Shown here one piece after another: positions 32,334-42,571 of a DNA stretch of 64,000 nucleotides. The position numbers were made by a program, and so were the translations under genes. Location of the stretch: IMG/VR virus record IMGVR_UViG_3300037067_008064, positions 224,001 to 288,000 of that record; one strand, 5' to 3'. Each line of letters begins with the position of its first letter. The first letter of the stretch is position 1. This stretch comes from a virus. Lineage: Duplodnaviria; Heunggongvirae; Uroviricota; Caudoviricetes. The notes beneath the pieces were generated by a model. The model was not told where the DNA came from. It worked only from the letters and a program-made list of their open reading frames with translations, and searched no databases.

Positions 32334-32645
32334 ATGAAAATAGATTTTTATACTGGTAAAGCGTGGAAACATCATATAGCATCTGATTTTCAAAATGGCA
32401 TGCCTACTTCAGGTGGCGCTGGTAAAGGTGGTACTATTTTTTTAGATTATTACAAAATGCTAGATTATCTTAAAAAAGATGGTAGAGATTGGTATATTGC
32501 TGAATTAGATTTAAAAGATAATCTAGTAAAATACGAATATGGAAATGATTATATGGTAACTACTTTAGTAAATATAATTTCTAAAAAAGGATTTAAACCA
32601 ATTAATTTAAATAAAAAAATCATAAAAGAAAATTTAAATGGATAA
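32334..32645 (+). CDS. Hypothetical protein
   Basis: ORF track. Confidence 0.55.
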   Translation: MKIDFYTGKAWKHHIASDFQNGMPTSGGAGKGGTIFLDYYKMLDYLKKDGRDWYIAELDLKDNLVKYEYGNDYMVTTLVNIISKKGFKPINLNKKIIKENLNG

Positions 32646-33162
32646 CAAAAAAATAGTATTTGATGGAGAATTTGAAAGTGTAATTGAAATAGATAATCAC
32701 TTTTATATCTTGAATAAAAAAGATATGATATGTGTATTACCATATTCTGTAGACAGTCGTGGACTCTTAGATAAAATTGGTGTTGTAAAAAATTATGATG
32801 AAATAGAAGAAAAAAATGTTCTTTCATTAATTAATAATTATCTTAGAGATGATGATGCTACTAATTTAGTTGCAGCAAATAGAATGTTTTTTGAAATAAC
32901 AAAAACAAATATACCTGATGGAAACAAATGGATGTATCTTGGTAATTTAAATAATCAAATGACTTATGATTCACCAATGAAATTATATGCTGTTGATATT
33001 ACTAATCTTCAAATACAAACTGATGAAGAGGTAGAACAAAAAGAAACTATTAAAAAATTCGTAATGATGGATTCGTCAAAGGTATTGCAAACAGATGATA
33101 TTTTATTCCTCGCGGGGTATTTACGCTTATTCCAGTTTTTTTATGTAAGTTCAATACAATAA
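32638..33162 (+). CDS. Degenerate NUDIX-fold protein
   Basis: DDATNLVAANRMFFEIT resembles a decayed Nudix box; ICVLPY, YLG, LYAVD. Confidence 0.45.
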   Translation: MDNKKIVFDGEFESVIEIDNHFYILNKKDMICVLPYSVDSRGLLDKIGVVKNYDEIEEKNVLSLINNYLRDDDATNLVAANRMFFEITKTNIPDGNKWMYLGNLNNQMTYDSPMKLYAVDITNLQIQTDEEVEQKETIKKFVMMDSSKVLQTDDILFLAGYLRLFQFFYVSSIQ

Positions 33163-33166
33163 AATT

Positions 33167-33433
33167 ATGGCAGTTTATAGAACACCACCAACCTGTCCTT
33201 TTTGTGGAGAAATTATCGCAACTGCTCAATATAAAGACCAATCAAAAACTCCTCTCATGTTACGAACTATTGGAGATACTTTTATAGGATGGAAATATAA
33301 AGAACATAGTTGTGATGCTATGAAAACATTTCAAAAGAAAATAAGTGAAGATGTTAAAAATAATCCAAAATTACAAGAAACACTAGATAAAATTAATAAA
33401 ACTAATAAATCATTTCTTAATAGAAAGAAATAA
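33167..33433 (+). CDS. Small Zn-finger protein
   Basis: CPFCG ... HSC. Confidence 0.55.
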   Translation: MAVYRTPPTCPFCGEIIATAQYKDQSKTPLMLRTIGDTFIGWKYKEHSCDAMKTFQKKISEDVKNNPKLQETLDKINKTNKSFLNRKK

Positions 33434-33439
33434 AAAACT

Positions 33440-34267
33440 ATGAAAAGAAAATTAGAAGCTGTTATAGTTTGTATTAATTATAGTGACTTTTTAAGTCATA
33501 CACTTCCAACTAATAAATCTTTATTTGATAAAACTGTTATTGTAACAGATACGCAAGATAAAGAAACCAAAAAGGTTTGTGAGAAGTGGGGTGTAATGTG
33601 TATACAAACAGATGCATTCTATGAAAATGATTTACATATTCCAAATAAATCTAAAGGAATTAATGAAGGTTTAAAATATTTAGATAAAGATGGTTGGGTT
33701 GTGCAACTTGATGCTGATATTTGGTTACCACCATTTTTTAGAAGATTTATTGAGAATATGGAATTAGATGAAACATGTATCTATGGAATGGATAGGATGA
33801 TGATTAATTCTTATAAAAAATGGTATAAGTTTCAACATGTTGATAAAAAAATAATACATGAAGGCTGGACTTTTTTAAGAACAGATAATCTACCAGTTGG
33901 AGTTAGAGTTGTTCATCATAAAGATGGGTGGATTCCTATTGGTTTTTTTCAAATGTGGAACCCAAAAGGAAGTGGAATAAATGATTATGCTTCTGAAAAT
34001 AAAAAAGGATATGATAGAACGGATGTTTTACAAGCTAAAAGATGGTCAAAAATAAAGAGAAGATTTATTCCTGATATTATTTGCGTACATTTAGCAAGCG
34101 AAAAACAAATTCAAGGAAGAAATTGGTCTGGAAGAAAGAGTATAATATTTGGTCAAATGAATCCAATTCATAAATTCTTTATGATTATTTGGTATTACAT
34201 ATTAAAAATATTTTATATTATTTACAGATTTTTTGAAAAACAAATTAAATACTTTATAGATGAATGA
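33440..34267 (+). CDS. GT-A fold (GT2-like) glycosyltransferase
   Basis: AVIVCINYSDFL, NKSKGINEGL, DxD motif LDADI, IGFFQMW. Confidence 0.8.
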   Translation: MKRKLEAVIVCINYSDFLSHTLPTNKSLFDKTVIVTDTQDKETKKVCEKWGVMCIQTDAFYENDLHIPNKSKGINEGLKYLDKDGWVVQLDADIWLPPFFRRFIENMELDETCIYGMDRMMINSYKKWYKFQHVDKKIIHEGWTFLRTDNLPVGVRVVHHKDGWIPIGFFQMWNPKGSGINDYASENKKGYDRTDVLQAKRWSKIKRRFIPDIICVHLASEKQIQGRNWSGRKSIIFGQMNPIHKFFMIIWYYILKIFYIIYRFFEKQIKYFIDE

Positions 34268-36745
34268 ACAAACAAATTTAGATAACATAATTCAGAAAAC
34301 TCCAATAGAAAACAAAGGCGGACCTATATATCCTGAAAATAATTTTACACAACTTCCAACTCAATCTTCACAAGAACATTGGAAGAAAGTACAAGAATTT
34401 ATGGAAAGAGAAAATAAGAAACTTTTAACTAAAGATTCTTCTACAACATTTGATAACGCTGGTTCTAATCCAGTCTCTGGTGCATCAGGTGCGTCTCCGT
34501 CAAAGGGTTCACCGGCCTTTAATAAATCCTTTACTTTAAATCAAATTAAAGCTAAACGCAAGAAACGCCGTACATCTAGTAAATCAAGAAAAATTAATAG
34601 AAAACATTAAAAATTAAAATTTAAAAAATGCAAAGATGTGAACGCAGAAAAATGGAGCAAAAAATGGGTTTATCTAAATTTAAGAAATCATTATCTTTAA
34701 ATAAACAAATGGAAATTACACGCCAAAATATTATAGCAGGTAGAAAAGAACACGAAGAATTTATAAAGTCACAAACAGAAACTGCTGCTAATTTAACCGC
34801 TGAAAAACAACAACAAAAAGTATATGACCTTGCTTTAAGAATATCTTCTGAAACAAACATGCCTTTTATAGATGCAATTGAAGAAGCAAAAAAACAATTA
34901 AAAAAATAAACACAATGAAAACAGAAAATTTAGAAAATGATCTCAAATGGTTTGAAGATAAAAGAAATCTTCAATTAGAAAAGTTTAATGAATTAATTTT
35001 AACCGATGCAACCACTGAACGAATACAACGCTGCTATGAACTCTTAATTAAATTACAAAATCTATATAAAACAATGGAAGATGCAATAATTATTCATAGA
35101 ATTTTTGAAGCTCAACAAGAAAATGAAATAGAAGATGATGAAGAAGATATAAATGAATATCCAGATTTAATATCATTTATCATAAAATATAAAATCCCAC
35201 TTCAATAAATTATAAACATGGTAAACTTTAAATTATCTAAACCTAATTTTGTAAAGTGGTTTATAATAATTCCGATATTTTTATTGGGATTTCATTTTGG
35301 AATTGTATTAATAAATATAATTTTAAATTTTGCATTTACTATACCTTTCTTTATTAGATTTACTGGAATTATTACAGGGCTTTGGATATGGATAAGCATT
35401 TACTTATATGTAAAATATTTTAATAATAAATTATGAAAAAAGATAAACTTAAAAGAGAATTATCAGATTTTGCTGATTATTGTAATACAAATGGTGGAAG
35501 CACTTGGTGTTCAATACCGAAATTTGCAATTGATAATTATTTAAATCAGGTTGATTTTAAACCTGATGAAGCAGATGAAATGTTGTTTAAACCTCTGTTT
35601 TGGAATAAAGAAAGAACTCAATGGACCCAACCACCTGTAAAAATAAAACATGGGGATCTTGTAGAAATAGAATATCCAACCGGAATTACAGTACTTGGAA
35701 GATATATAGGAAAAGGAATGGGGGGCAGCTAAATTCCCAGGACATGATACACCTTATATTAATTATGTAGTTGGTAGAGGATTAGATAGAAATCCTGAGT
35801 TATTATCAGATGAAGAATTATTTGAATTAATAGAAGATTAACATGAAACAAGTAGTTTTAGTTGTAACCATAAATGATACCGATAAAATCAGTAATGTTA
35901 TGGTAAAAGATAAATATGATAATTATTTAAATTGTTATAGCTTTAAAGAAGTTACATTACCATTAGAAGATGAAATTATAGCAACTGCTCAATATGCAGT
36001 TACAGTTATGCATGAAACAAATCCAGCTTATGTTTCATATTATATTGCTGGAGAAAAACACATTATAGATAAATTAAATTAAAACAAAATGGACAGAGAA
36101 GAACTAAATTTAATGAAATAAGAAAATTATGGAACAGTTAATAGAAAGAGAACCAGGTAGGTTACTTAAGATAACCTTTGAATATGAAAATGAAACACGT
36201 ACATTATCAGGTAGACAAGCAGAATATTGGCTTCGTGATGTAGATGGAATGTGCTCATTCATGGCAAACCATAATGCAAATCCATTTGATGTACACACAT
36301 ATGAATGGGATGCAGTTTCTGTAATTCAACTCGGTGAAAAAGGAAATTAAATTAGGACACATTGGAATGGAATAAAACTATGAGCTACATCGTAAAAGAA
36401 ATAAAAACTGCGAAACCCAAAGTTTCGCCCACCCCTCAATCTCACTTAAAAGTGTTTACACCAGACTTACCTTCAGGATTTAAGATTGACTTTGTGCCTA
36501 CACCTCTTCAGAAAAAAGGATATGCAGTTTTGCTCATACATCCTGATGATTTAGAACATATAAAGAAATTAAAATTTAGTATACCTGAAGAATCTTCAAT
36601 AGATGGAACATCAGGAACTTCTGGAACTAGTGGAACCAATGGAACATCAGGAATAAATAGATTAACTAATGGATATTCACATGAATTTCTTGCAGATGTT
36701 ATTAATTTATATCAAAAACTAAATGCAGAATCTAAATACAAATAA
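34260..36745 (+). other. Run of short hypothetical genes (34260-34610, 34628-34909, 34915-35208, 35218-35436 membrane, 35843-36082, 36129-36350, ~36380-36745 with GTS repeat)
   Basis: ORF track; GTSGTSGTSGTNGTSG in the last gene. Confidence 0.55.
35433..35841 (+). pseudogene. Hypothetical gene with an apparent frameshift in a G6 run
   Basis: Stops at 35732 after G6 (35720-35725); removing one G reads MGAAKFPGHDTPYINYVVGRG...LIED to TAA 35841, just before the next ATG at 35843. Confidence 0.6.
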
Positions 36746-37135
36746 ATGATTACGAAGAAAATATATGTTGGAATTTATGATTGGACAATCTATTATACAG
36801 AAATTGAAAAAGGAGATAAAAGTAAATTAACAATTAAACGTTTACAAAAAATATATCCTAAAGAAATTAAAAAGAAAGATAAAGAATTATTTTATGAAAT
36901 AAAATCCAATATTAAACATGAAAGAAAAGATGGAGGTTTATGTTCATGTTTTGAATATTCTAGAAAAACAAGTGTATTAATTTACAGAACAACAAAAAAG
37001 AAAGAAAGACTTAGAGTTATTGCACATGAATTAAGACATGCAACAGATCAAATACTTGATGTAAAAAACATTTGTGATATAGAAGCAAGTGCTTATCTTC
37101 AAGGATATATATTTATGAAATTATTTAATATTTAA
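36746..37135 (+). CDS. Zincin-like metallopeptidase (HExxH)
   Basis: VIAHELRHA ... EASAY. Confidence 0.65.
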   Translation: MITKKIYVGIYDWTIYYTEIEKGDKSKLTIKRLQKIYPKEIKKKDKELFYEIKSNIKHERKDGGLCSCFEYSRKTSVLIYRTTKKKERLRVIAHELRHATDQILDVKNICDIEASAYLQGYIFMKLFNI

Positions 37136-37144
37136 AACCCATAC

Positions 37145-37585
37145 ATGAAAGTATACATAACAATTGAAGGAAACACTCGACTTAAAAGATCTTTTTTAAA
37201 TCTTAAAGTATTTTCTATTATCAATATTAACGATATACTTCATGAATCAGGTTATAACTTATATTCTAGTATAGATGATTATGCAGCGTTTATTATTAAT
37301 TCTAAGATACAATCAATGTTTAAGACGTTTGCTAAATCAAAAAGAATTCGTGGAATTATTTATACAAATCCTAATTTAACAGAAGAATCAATTCTTTCTT
37401 TATTTCAATTCTTTGATGATGTAGAAGAAATAAATGAAGTTGTTTTACTTGATGATTATAACGTTCCAAAGCTGAAACACCTTTACCACCTATTTAACGA
37501 AATCATCTTCTTTCCTTCAATCAAGAAAATACGTCTAATCGAATGTGTAAAAATATCAGAACTTTTGAGGGAACACGTTTCATAA
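37145..37585 (+). CDS. Hypothetical protein
   Basis: ORF track. Confidence 0.6.
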   Translation: MKVYITIEGNTRLKRSFLNLKVFSIININDILHESGYNLYSSIDDYAAFIINSKIQSMFKTFAKSKRIRGIIYTNPNLTEESILSLFQFFDDVEEINEVVLLDDYNVPKLKHLYHLFNEIIFFPSIKKIRLIECVKISELLREHVS

Positions 37586-37603
37586 TTTAGAAATATATAA
37601 ATT

Positions 37604-38170
37604 ATGGAAGAAAAGTTTATTTTTGTACGAGGGATAAAAAACATAATCAATCAGAGATGGTATTTGGATGTGATTGCGACTGAGGAGCTCTCTGACTTGC
37701 CTTTGCCTTACGGGAATTTCTCTTTCAATCGAGACGTTCAAAAATACGGTGATGATAACTTCGAAACTCATATACTGCAATGGTACTCATCTTCAGAAGA
37801 TGCCCGAGTTGGACTGTCACATCACATCATATCCATGAATACTAAGCTGCCTAACGGATACAATGACTATGAGTACTGGAGACCTAATGCACTTCCTGAT
37901 GAAACTAAAAGAAAGATATCAGAATCAGAAAAAGGTAAAGTACTTACAGAAGATACAAAGACAAGAATATCACATAGCCTTAAAGCAGCATATGATTCTG
38001 GTAAACGTGTTAAAAAAGACTTTCATGGAGCAGGACATCCTTGTTATGGTAAACATCGTAGTGAAGAAGCTAAACAAAAAATAAGTAATGCTGAAAAAGG
38101 ACGTATATTCTCTGAAGAACATAAAGCAAAATTAAGAAAACCAAAAAGAAAAAGAACCATAAAATTATAA
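37604..38170 (+). CDS. Degenerate GIY-YIG/NUMOD3 protein
   Basis: KYGDDNF, PNGYN and NUMOD3 repeats retained; GIY/YIG motifs replaced (FVRG...WYLD). Confidence 0.65.
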   Translation: MEEKFIFVRGIKNIINQRWYLDVIATEELSDLPLPYGNFSFNRDVQKYGDDNFETHILQWYSSSEDARVGLSHHIISMNTKLPNGYNDYEYWRPNALPDETKRKISESEKGKVLTEDTKTRISHSLKAAYDSGKRVKKDFHGAGHPCYGKHRSEEAKQKISNAEKGRIFSEEHKAKLRKPKRKRTIKL

Positions 38171-38171
38171 T

Positions 38172-38447
38172 ATGAAACTGGAAGATTTTAATAATATTGT
38201 ATTACGTGATTATCCTAATGGAAGATTCGTGCATCCTATAAATGAAAAAACTTCAAACATAAGATCTTATATTAAAGCTTATCTTATACAGAAGAAAGAT
38301 GTTTATTTATATATAGCACACGAGTACTTAAGAGAATTAAATAAAATTCTTAATAGTGATTATTCATTAAATGATATAGATGAATTAAAAGATTATACTA
38401 TTCTTATAAATAAAATAGAATCAATAAATAAACATAATAAAAAATGA
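38172..38447 (+). CDS. Hypothetical protein
   Basis: ORF track. Confidence 0.55.
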   Translation: MKLEDFNNIVLRDYPNGRFVHPINEKTSNIRSYIKAYLIQKKDVYLYIAHEYLRELNKILNSDYSLNDIDELKDYTILINKIESINKHNKK

Positions 38448-38983
38448 TTAAAGTTTTTCAAACAATAGTAGATAAAGATAAAGGTAATTGTGAACAAGCT
38501 GTAATTGCATCACTCCTTAATCTTTCTTTAGAGGACGTACCCAATTTTATTGAGTATAGAAAGAGTGGACAATATGATAAAACTGTTATGGGATGGCTTC
38601 ATAAAAAAGGATATTGTGCATGCACTATTGGTAAAGACAGACATGGTGTAAAAAAATTAAAAGAGATTGCTAAATTTGATGGGGGATTTGATGGATTTTT
38701 TTATGCAGTTGTTCCAAGTCAAACATATAAAGATATAACACACGCAGTAGTTGCAGATATAAATTTAAAAATTGTTCATGACCCCAACCCTAATTTACGA
38801 GCATTAAAATTAAAATCTAAAGATATTATTTGTATTATAGTCACAAAGGATATGGTAATTGGTAAAACAGGAAAGTTGTTTACCAAAGCAGATTGGGATG
38901 CAACAAGTGAAGAAGAACGTGATGCTAATACTTATAAACCTATATTTGATATCAATCATAATATAATAGGAACTGAATTATGA
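38444..38983 (+). CDS. Papain-like (C39-type) peptidase-fold protein
   Basis: GNCEQAVIASLL ... THAVV ... HDPNP (Cys-His-Asp). Confidence 0.55.
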   Translation: MIKVFQTIVDKDKGNCEQAVIASLLNLSLEDVPNFIEYRKSGQYDKTVMGWLHKKGYCACTIGKDRHGVKKLKEIAKFDGGFDGFFYAVVPSQTYKDITHAVVADINLKIVHDPNPNLRALKLKSKDIICIIVTKDMVIGKTGKLFTKADWDATSEEERDANTYKPIFDINHNIIGTEL

Positions 38984-39163
38984 CAACTAAAAAACAACAA
39001 AACTGCAACACAGTTATTTTTGCAATAGTAGTAATTACAATTATAATATTACTTGCTTTAACAGGACATTAATATGGGAAGAAATCCATCATATAAGCCA
39101 GGTTGTTTTATTGAAGCAAGTATTATAATTACAACAATAATTTTGTTAATTTTTATATTATAA
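38980..39163 (+). other. Two tiny single-TM proteins (38980-39072, 39074-39163), not in ORF track
   Basis: MTTKKQQNCNTVIFAIVVITIIILLALTGH; MGRNPSYKPGCFIEASIIITTIILLIFIL. Confidence 0.5.
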
Positions 39164-39179
39164 TTATAGAACTAAATTT

Positions 39180-39584
39180 ATGAATAAAATTTATTTCGCA
39201 CACCCTATTAATACGTATAATACAGAATTAGAAAAACACTGTATTAATTTAATAGAAAAGAAATTTCCTGACTGTATTATAATTAATCCAAATAGTGAAG
39301 ATAGAATAAAATTATTTGTTGAGTATAAACAAAATAATCCAGATACTTATATGGATTTCTTTACAACAATAGTAAAAGAATGTACTCACTTAGTCTTATT
39401 ACCATTTAGAGATGGAATGATAGGTGCAGGTATTTGGTTAGAAGCTCATGCATTACAAGATATAAATAATATTTTTGAGATCAATCCGTTTAAAACTAAT
39501 ATAAGATTTATTGAATTAGCTGAAATTGATTTCATGAAATTATCTATAGAGGAAACACGAAGAAGAATTCAAAGAGAATATTAA
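39180..39584 (+). CDS. Nucleoside 2-deoxyribosyltransferase / nucleotide N-glycosidase-like protein
   Basis: IYFAHP, INP, GAGIWLE. Confidence 0.55.
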   Translation: MNKIYFAHPINTYNTELEKHCINLIEKKFPDCIIINPNSEDRIKLFVEYKQNNPDTYMDFFTTIVKECTHLVLLPFRDGMIGAGIWLEAHALQDINNIFEINPFKTNIRFIELAEIDFMKLSIEETRRRIQREY

Positions 39585-39585
39585 T

Positions 39586-39753
39586 ATGAAAATATTAACT
39601 AAAGGTACACCACCACAAGATAAACCTCAGAAAAGAAATTGCAACATCTGTGATTCACTACTTGAATATACTAAAGAAGATATAAGGCATGAAGAATGGA
39701 ATGGCAGTACGTATATAATATGCCCAGTGTGTCAGCATCGTTTGGCAGTATAA
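39586..39753 (+). CDS. Small Zn-ribbon protein (55 aa), not in ORF track
   Basis: CNIC ... CPVC. Confidence 0.6.
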   Translation: MKILTKGTPPQDKPQKRNCNICDSLLEYTKEDIRHEEWNGSTYIICPVCQHRLAV

Positions 39754-39822
39754 AATAATAAACTTTAATTTTCTTTAACAATTATTTTAATAATATTATA
39801 AGTATAATGATTATATTAAATT

Positions 39823-40335
39823 ATGAAAGCTTATACTAAAAATAGGTGTAATGAAGAAAATGATTATGAAAGATTAGCACATCAATTATCTGTATTAAAT
39901 CAGATAAAAGAATGGGTAATTTTATCTGGTGGTTGGGCATGGCATTTTATGTCTCCTCCACATAAAGAATATAAACATCTCCATGATCATAAAGACATTG
40001 ATATTTTTGTAGAGCCTAATAATATTAATAAAGTTATTTTAAAATTAAAAGAACTTGGCTTTAACAGAATAAAAACTAAATACGATAATAATACATTTAT
40101 TCGTTATGAGAATATTATAAATGACAGAAAAATTGTAATTGATATGTTCTTTAAGGAAGTGCCTAGTATTATTTGTAATGAGTGGAAGGTAGTTGAACCA
40201 AGTTATTTATTATCGTTATATGATTCTATTCATCAAACAAAACATTGTGTGGCTGTAATAGAATCTAATAAATTAATTAAAAAAGGAATTGACCCCTGTA
40301 ATAAAAAAGAATTAATCAATTTATCTATATTATAA
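39823..40335 (+). CDS. Pol-beta-superfamily nucleotidyltransferase (ANT(2'')/Lnu-like)
   Basis: LSGGWAW, HKDIDIFV, VIDMF. Confidence 0.7.
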   Translation: MKAYTKNRCNEENDYERLAHQLSVLNQIKEWVILSGGWAWHFMSPPHKEYKHLHDHKDIDIFVEPNNINKVILKLKELGFNRIKTKYDNNTFIRYENIINDRKIVIDMFFKEVPSIICNEWKVVEPSYLLSLYDSIHQTKHCVAVIESNKLIKKGIDPCNKKELINLSIL

Positions 40336-40345
40336 AATTAAAAGA

Positions 40346-40693
40346 ATGTGTTTTACTATTAATGACAGGTTATGTGCAAAACCTTTAATTGCACAGGAAG
40401 ATATTATTTGTTATAAAGACATACAAGATACTATGTCATCCGAATATAATAAATTTATCTATAAGTTTAACAAAGTATATAGAATTTGGTTTTGGAAATT
40501 AAAGATTATGCAAGACCAAAAGAAAGAGCATGACACTCGTGGTATTTACCGTGGTTTTCATTCTTGGAAAGTACGTGGTAATCAAAGATGGAATTTAATT
40601 AAAGTACAATGCATCATACCTAAAGGTGCACGATATTATTTTAGTGAAACCCAATATGTAAGTAACAGAATTATAATCAAAGAAAAAGTTTAA
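40346..40693 (+). CDS. MCF-family paralogue 1 (candidate mini-ART fold)
   Basis: EDIICYK, GFHSW, CIIPKGARY, QYVS. Confidence 0.75.
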   Translation: MCFTINDRLCAKPLIAQEDIICYKDIQDTMSSEYNKFIYKFNKVYRIWFWKLKIMQDQKKEHDTRGIYRGFHSWKVRGNQRWNLIKVQCIIPKGARYYFSETQYVSNRIIIKEKV

Positions 40694-40697
40694 AGCT

Positions 40698-41063
40698 ATG
40701 TGTTTTGTAGTTGAATACACCCACCCCGAATCTTTTATAGCTAAAGAAGATATTACATGCTATAAAGTAGTAAATTATCGTGAAGAAAAAATAGTATCTG
40801 AATATAAGAAATTTGTCTATGATATAGATAAACTCTATAAATTAGATGAGCCATTAAAAGAAATTAATGGTCAAATAGAAAAAGGATTTCATTCTTATAC
40901 TAAATTAAGAATAGCAGTTGGTGATAAAACCGACTATCAAATAGTTATTAAGTGTATCATACCTAAAGGGTCTGTATATTTTATCAGTGATTACTATGAA
41001 GAGTATGTTGCTGATGCTATTATCATTAAAGAAATTTTAGTAAACAAAACTGAAGAAGAATAA
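40698..41063 (+). CDS. MCF-family paralogue 2
   Basis: EDITCYK, GFHSYTKL, CIIPKGSVY, EEYV. Confidence 0.8.
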   Translation: MCFVVEYTHPESFIAKEDITCYKVVNYREEKIVSEYKKFVYDIDKLYKLDEPLKEINGQIEKGFHSYTKLRIAVGDKTDYQIVIKCIIPKGSVYFISDYYEEYVADAIIIKEILVNKTEEE

Positions 41064-41064
41064 T

Positions 41065-41457
41065 ATGTGTTTTATAGTAGATGAAAAAAATCCATATAAA
41101 TTAATAGCAGAAGAAGATAGAGTATGCTATAAAGTTTTAAGAAATGATATAGGCAAAATGGTGTCTCCCTTTAAGAACTTTGAATATCAACTTAATGAAT
41201 TAAATATATTAAGTGAACCATTAAGAATTACACACGCTGAATTTGATAATATAATTGCTGTTGGTTTTCATTCTTATACTAAACTAAGAGAAGCTGTATT
41301 AAATAGTCATCATGAAAGTCTTATAGTAAAATGCATAATACCTAAAGGCGCTGAATTTTTCATAGATAATTACTATGAAGAATATGTAAGCAACCAAATT
41401 ATAATTAAAGAAGTGCTTACTCAAGTAAATAGAACAAAATCACTTAAAGAATATTAA
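41065..41457 (+). CDS. MCF-family paralogue 3
   Basis: EDRVCYK, GFHSYTKL, CIIPKGAEF, EEYVS. Confidence 0.8.
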   Translation: MCFIVDEKNPYKLIAEEDRVCYKVLRNDIGKMVSPFKNFEYQLNELNILSEPLRITHAEFDNIIAVGFHSYTKLREAVLNSHHESLIVKCIIPKGAEFFIDNYYEEYVSNQIIIKEVLTQVNRTKSLKEY

Positions 41458-41466
41458 AATAATATT

Positions 41467-41838
41467 ATGTGTTTCATTATAGATAAAAAGAATCCTGAAT
41501 CTAAAATAGCAGATAAAGATATTACATGTTATAAGATTATGTGAAACCAAGAAGATATGATAGTATCGGTTGTACAGCTTTTCACATATAAATTTAATGA
41601 ATTATATAAGATTAAATTCTGGAAACCAAGAACATCTTTATATAGAAATAGTTGTTTAAGATCAATTAATCTTGGATTTCATTCTTATACAAAATTAAAT
41701 GAAGCAGAGAAACATACAGCTCCCAGCTTTGATATTGTTAAATGTATAATACCAAAGGGTGCACGATATTATGTGAATGATGATTATAATCAATATGTAA
41801 GTAACCAAATAATAATAAAAGAAATATGTGTTTTTTAG
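41467..41838 (+). pseudogene. MCF-family paralogue 4 with in-frame TGA at 41542-41544
   Basis: ATG 41467 gives MCFIIDKKNPESKIADKDITCYKIM*NQED, in frame with ORF 41557..41838. Confidence 0.8.
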
Positions 41839-42191
41839 TAGATACTAACAACCCAAATGTTCTTATAGCAGCAGAAGATATTAGTTGTTATAAAGTAGTA
41901 AGTCAAAATAAGAAAAAAGAATTAATATCAGAATACAGATATTTTTTATATCATATCGATACTTTATATAAATTAGATAAGCCTTTAAAAATACGTGTTT
42001 GTAGTATAGAAGAAGGGTATCATTCTTTTACTAAACTGCGTGCAGTAAAAGATAATAAACGTGATGATCAAATTATAATTAAATGTATAATACCACAAGG
42101 TTCAGAATATTTTTTAAGTAATGAATATGAAGAATATGTAAGTACTGCTTTAATAGTTAAAGAAATTTTAATAAACAAAAATAAAGAATAA
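41826..42191 (+). CDS. MCF-family paralogue 5
   Basis: EDISCYK, GYHSFTKL, CIIPQGSEY, EEYVS. Confidence 0.8.
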   Translation: MCFLVDTNNPNVLIAAEDISCYKVVSQNKKKELISEYRYFLYHIDTLYKLDKPLKIRVCSIEEGYHSFTKLRAVKDNKRDDQIIIKCIIPQGSEYFLSNEYEEYVSTALIVKEILINKNKE

Positions 42192-42192
42192 T

Positions 42193-42561
42193 ATGTGTTT
42201 TGTAATAGATGATGATCGCCCAGATGAAATTATAGCAATAGAAGATATTGTATGTTATAAGTTTATGGATTACTATGATAATGTTTTAAGGTCTCCATAT
42301 AGAGATTATAAATATGAATTTAATCAAGAATATATTTTAAATGATTATTTACGAAATGAATACGAAAGAATAAATGAAGGCTATCACTCATATACTAAAT
42401 TAAGAGTGTGCAAAGATGAAGCTAATATAAAACATACTATTGTTAGATGTATTATACCAAAAGGCTCTCGTTATTACATTAATAATTTTGATAATCAATA
42501 TGTAAGTGATCATATTATAATAAAAGAAATTATAAGAAATAAAGATATTCAATATCAATAA
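42193..42561 (+). CDS. MCF-family paralogue 6
   Basis: EDIVCYK, GYHSYTKL, CIIPKGSRY, NQYVS. Confidence 0.8.
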   Translation: MCFVIDDDRPDEIIAIEDIVCYKFMDYYDNVLRSPYRDYKYEFNQEYILNDYLRNEYERINEGYHSYTKLRVCKDEANIKHTIVRCIIPKGSRYYINNFDNQYVSDHIIIKEIIRNKDIQYQ

Positions 42562-42571
42562 AATAAAAGAT

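Noticed and set aside
41542-41544. Stop-codon reassignment (TGA or TAG) as in some large phages
   Set aside because: Long genes are intact in code 11; TGA ends genes in ATGA overlaps (27912, 28214, 38983) and TAG ends others (9236, 22434)
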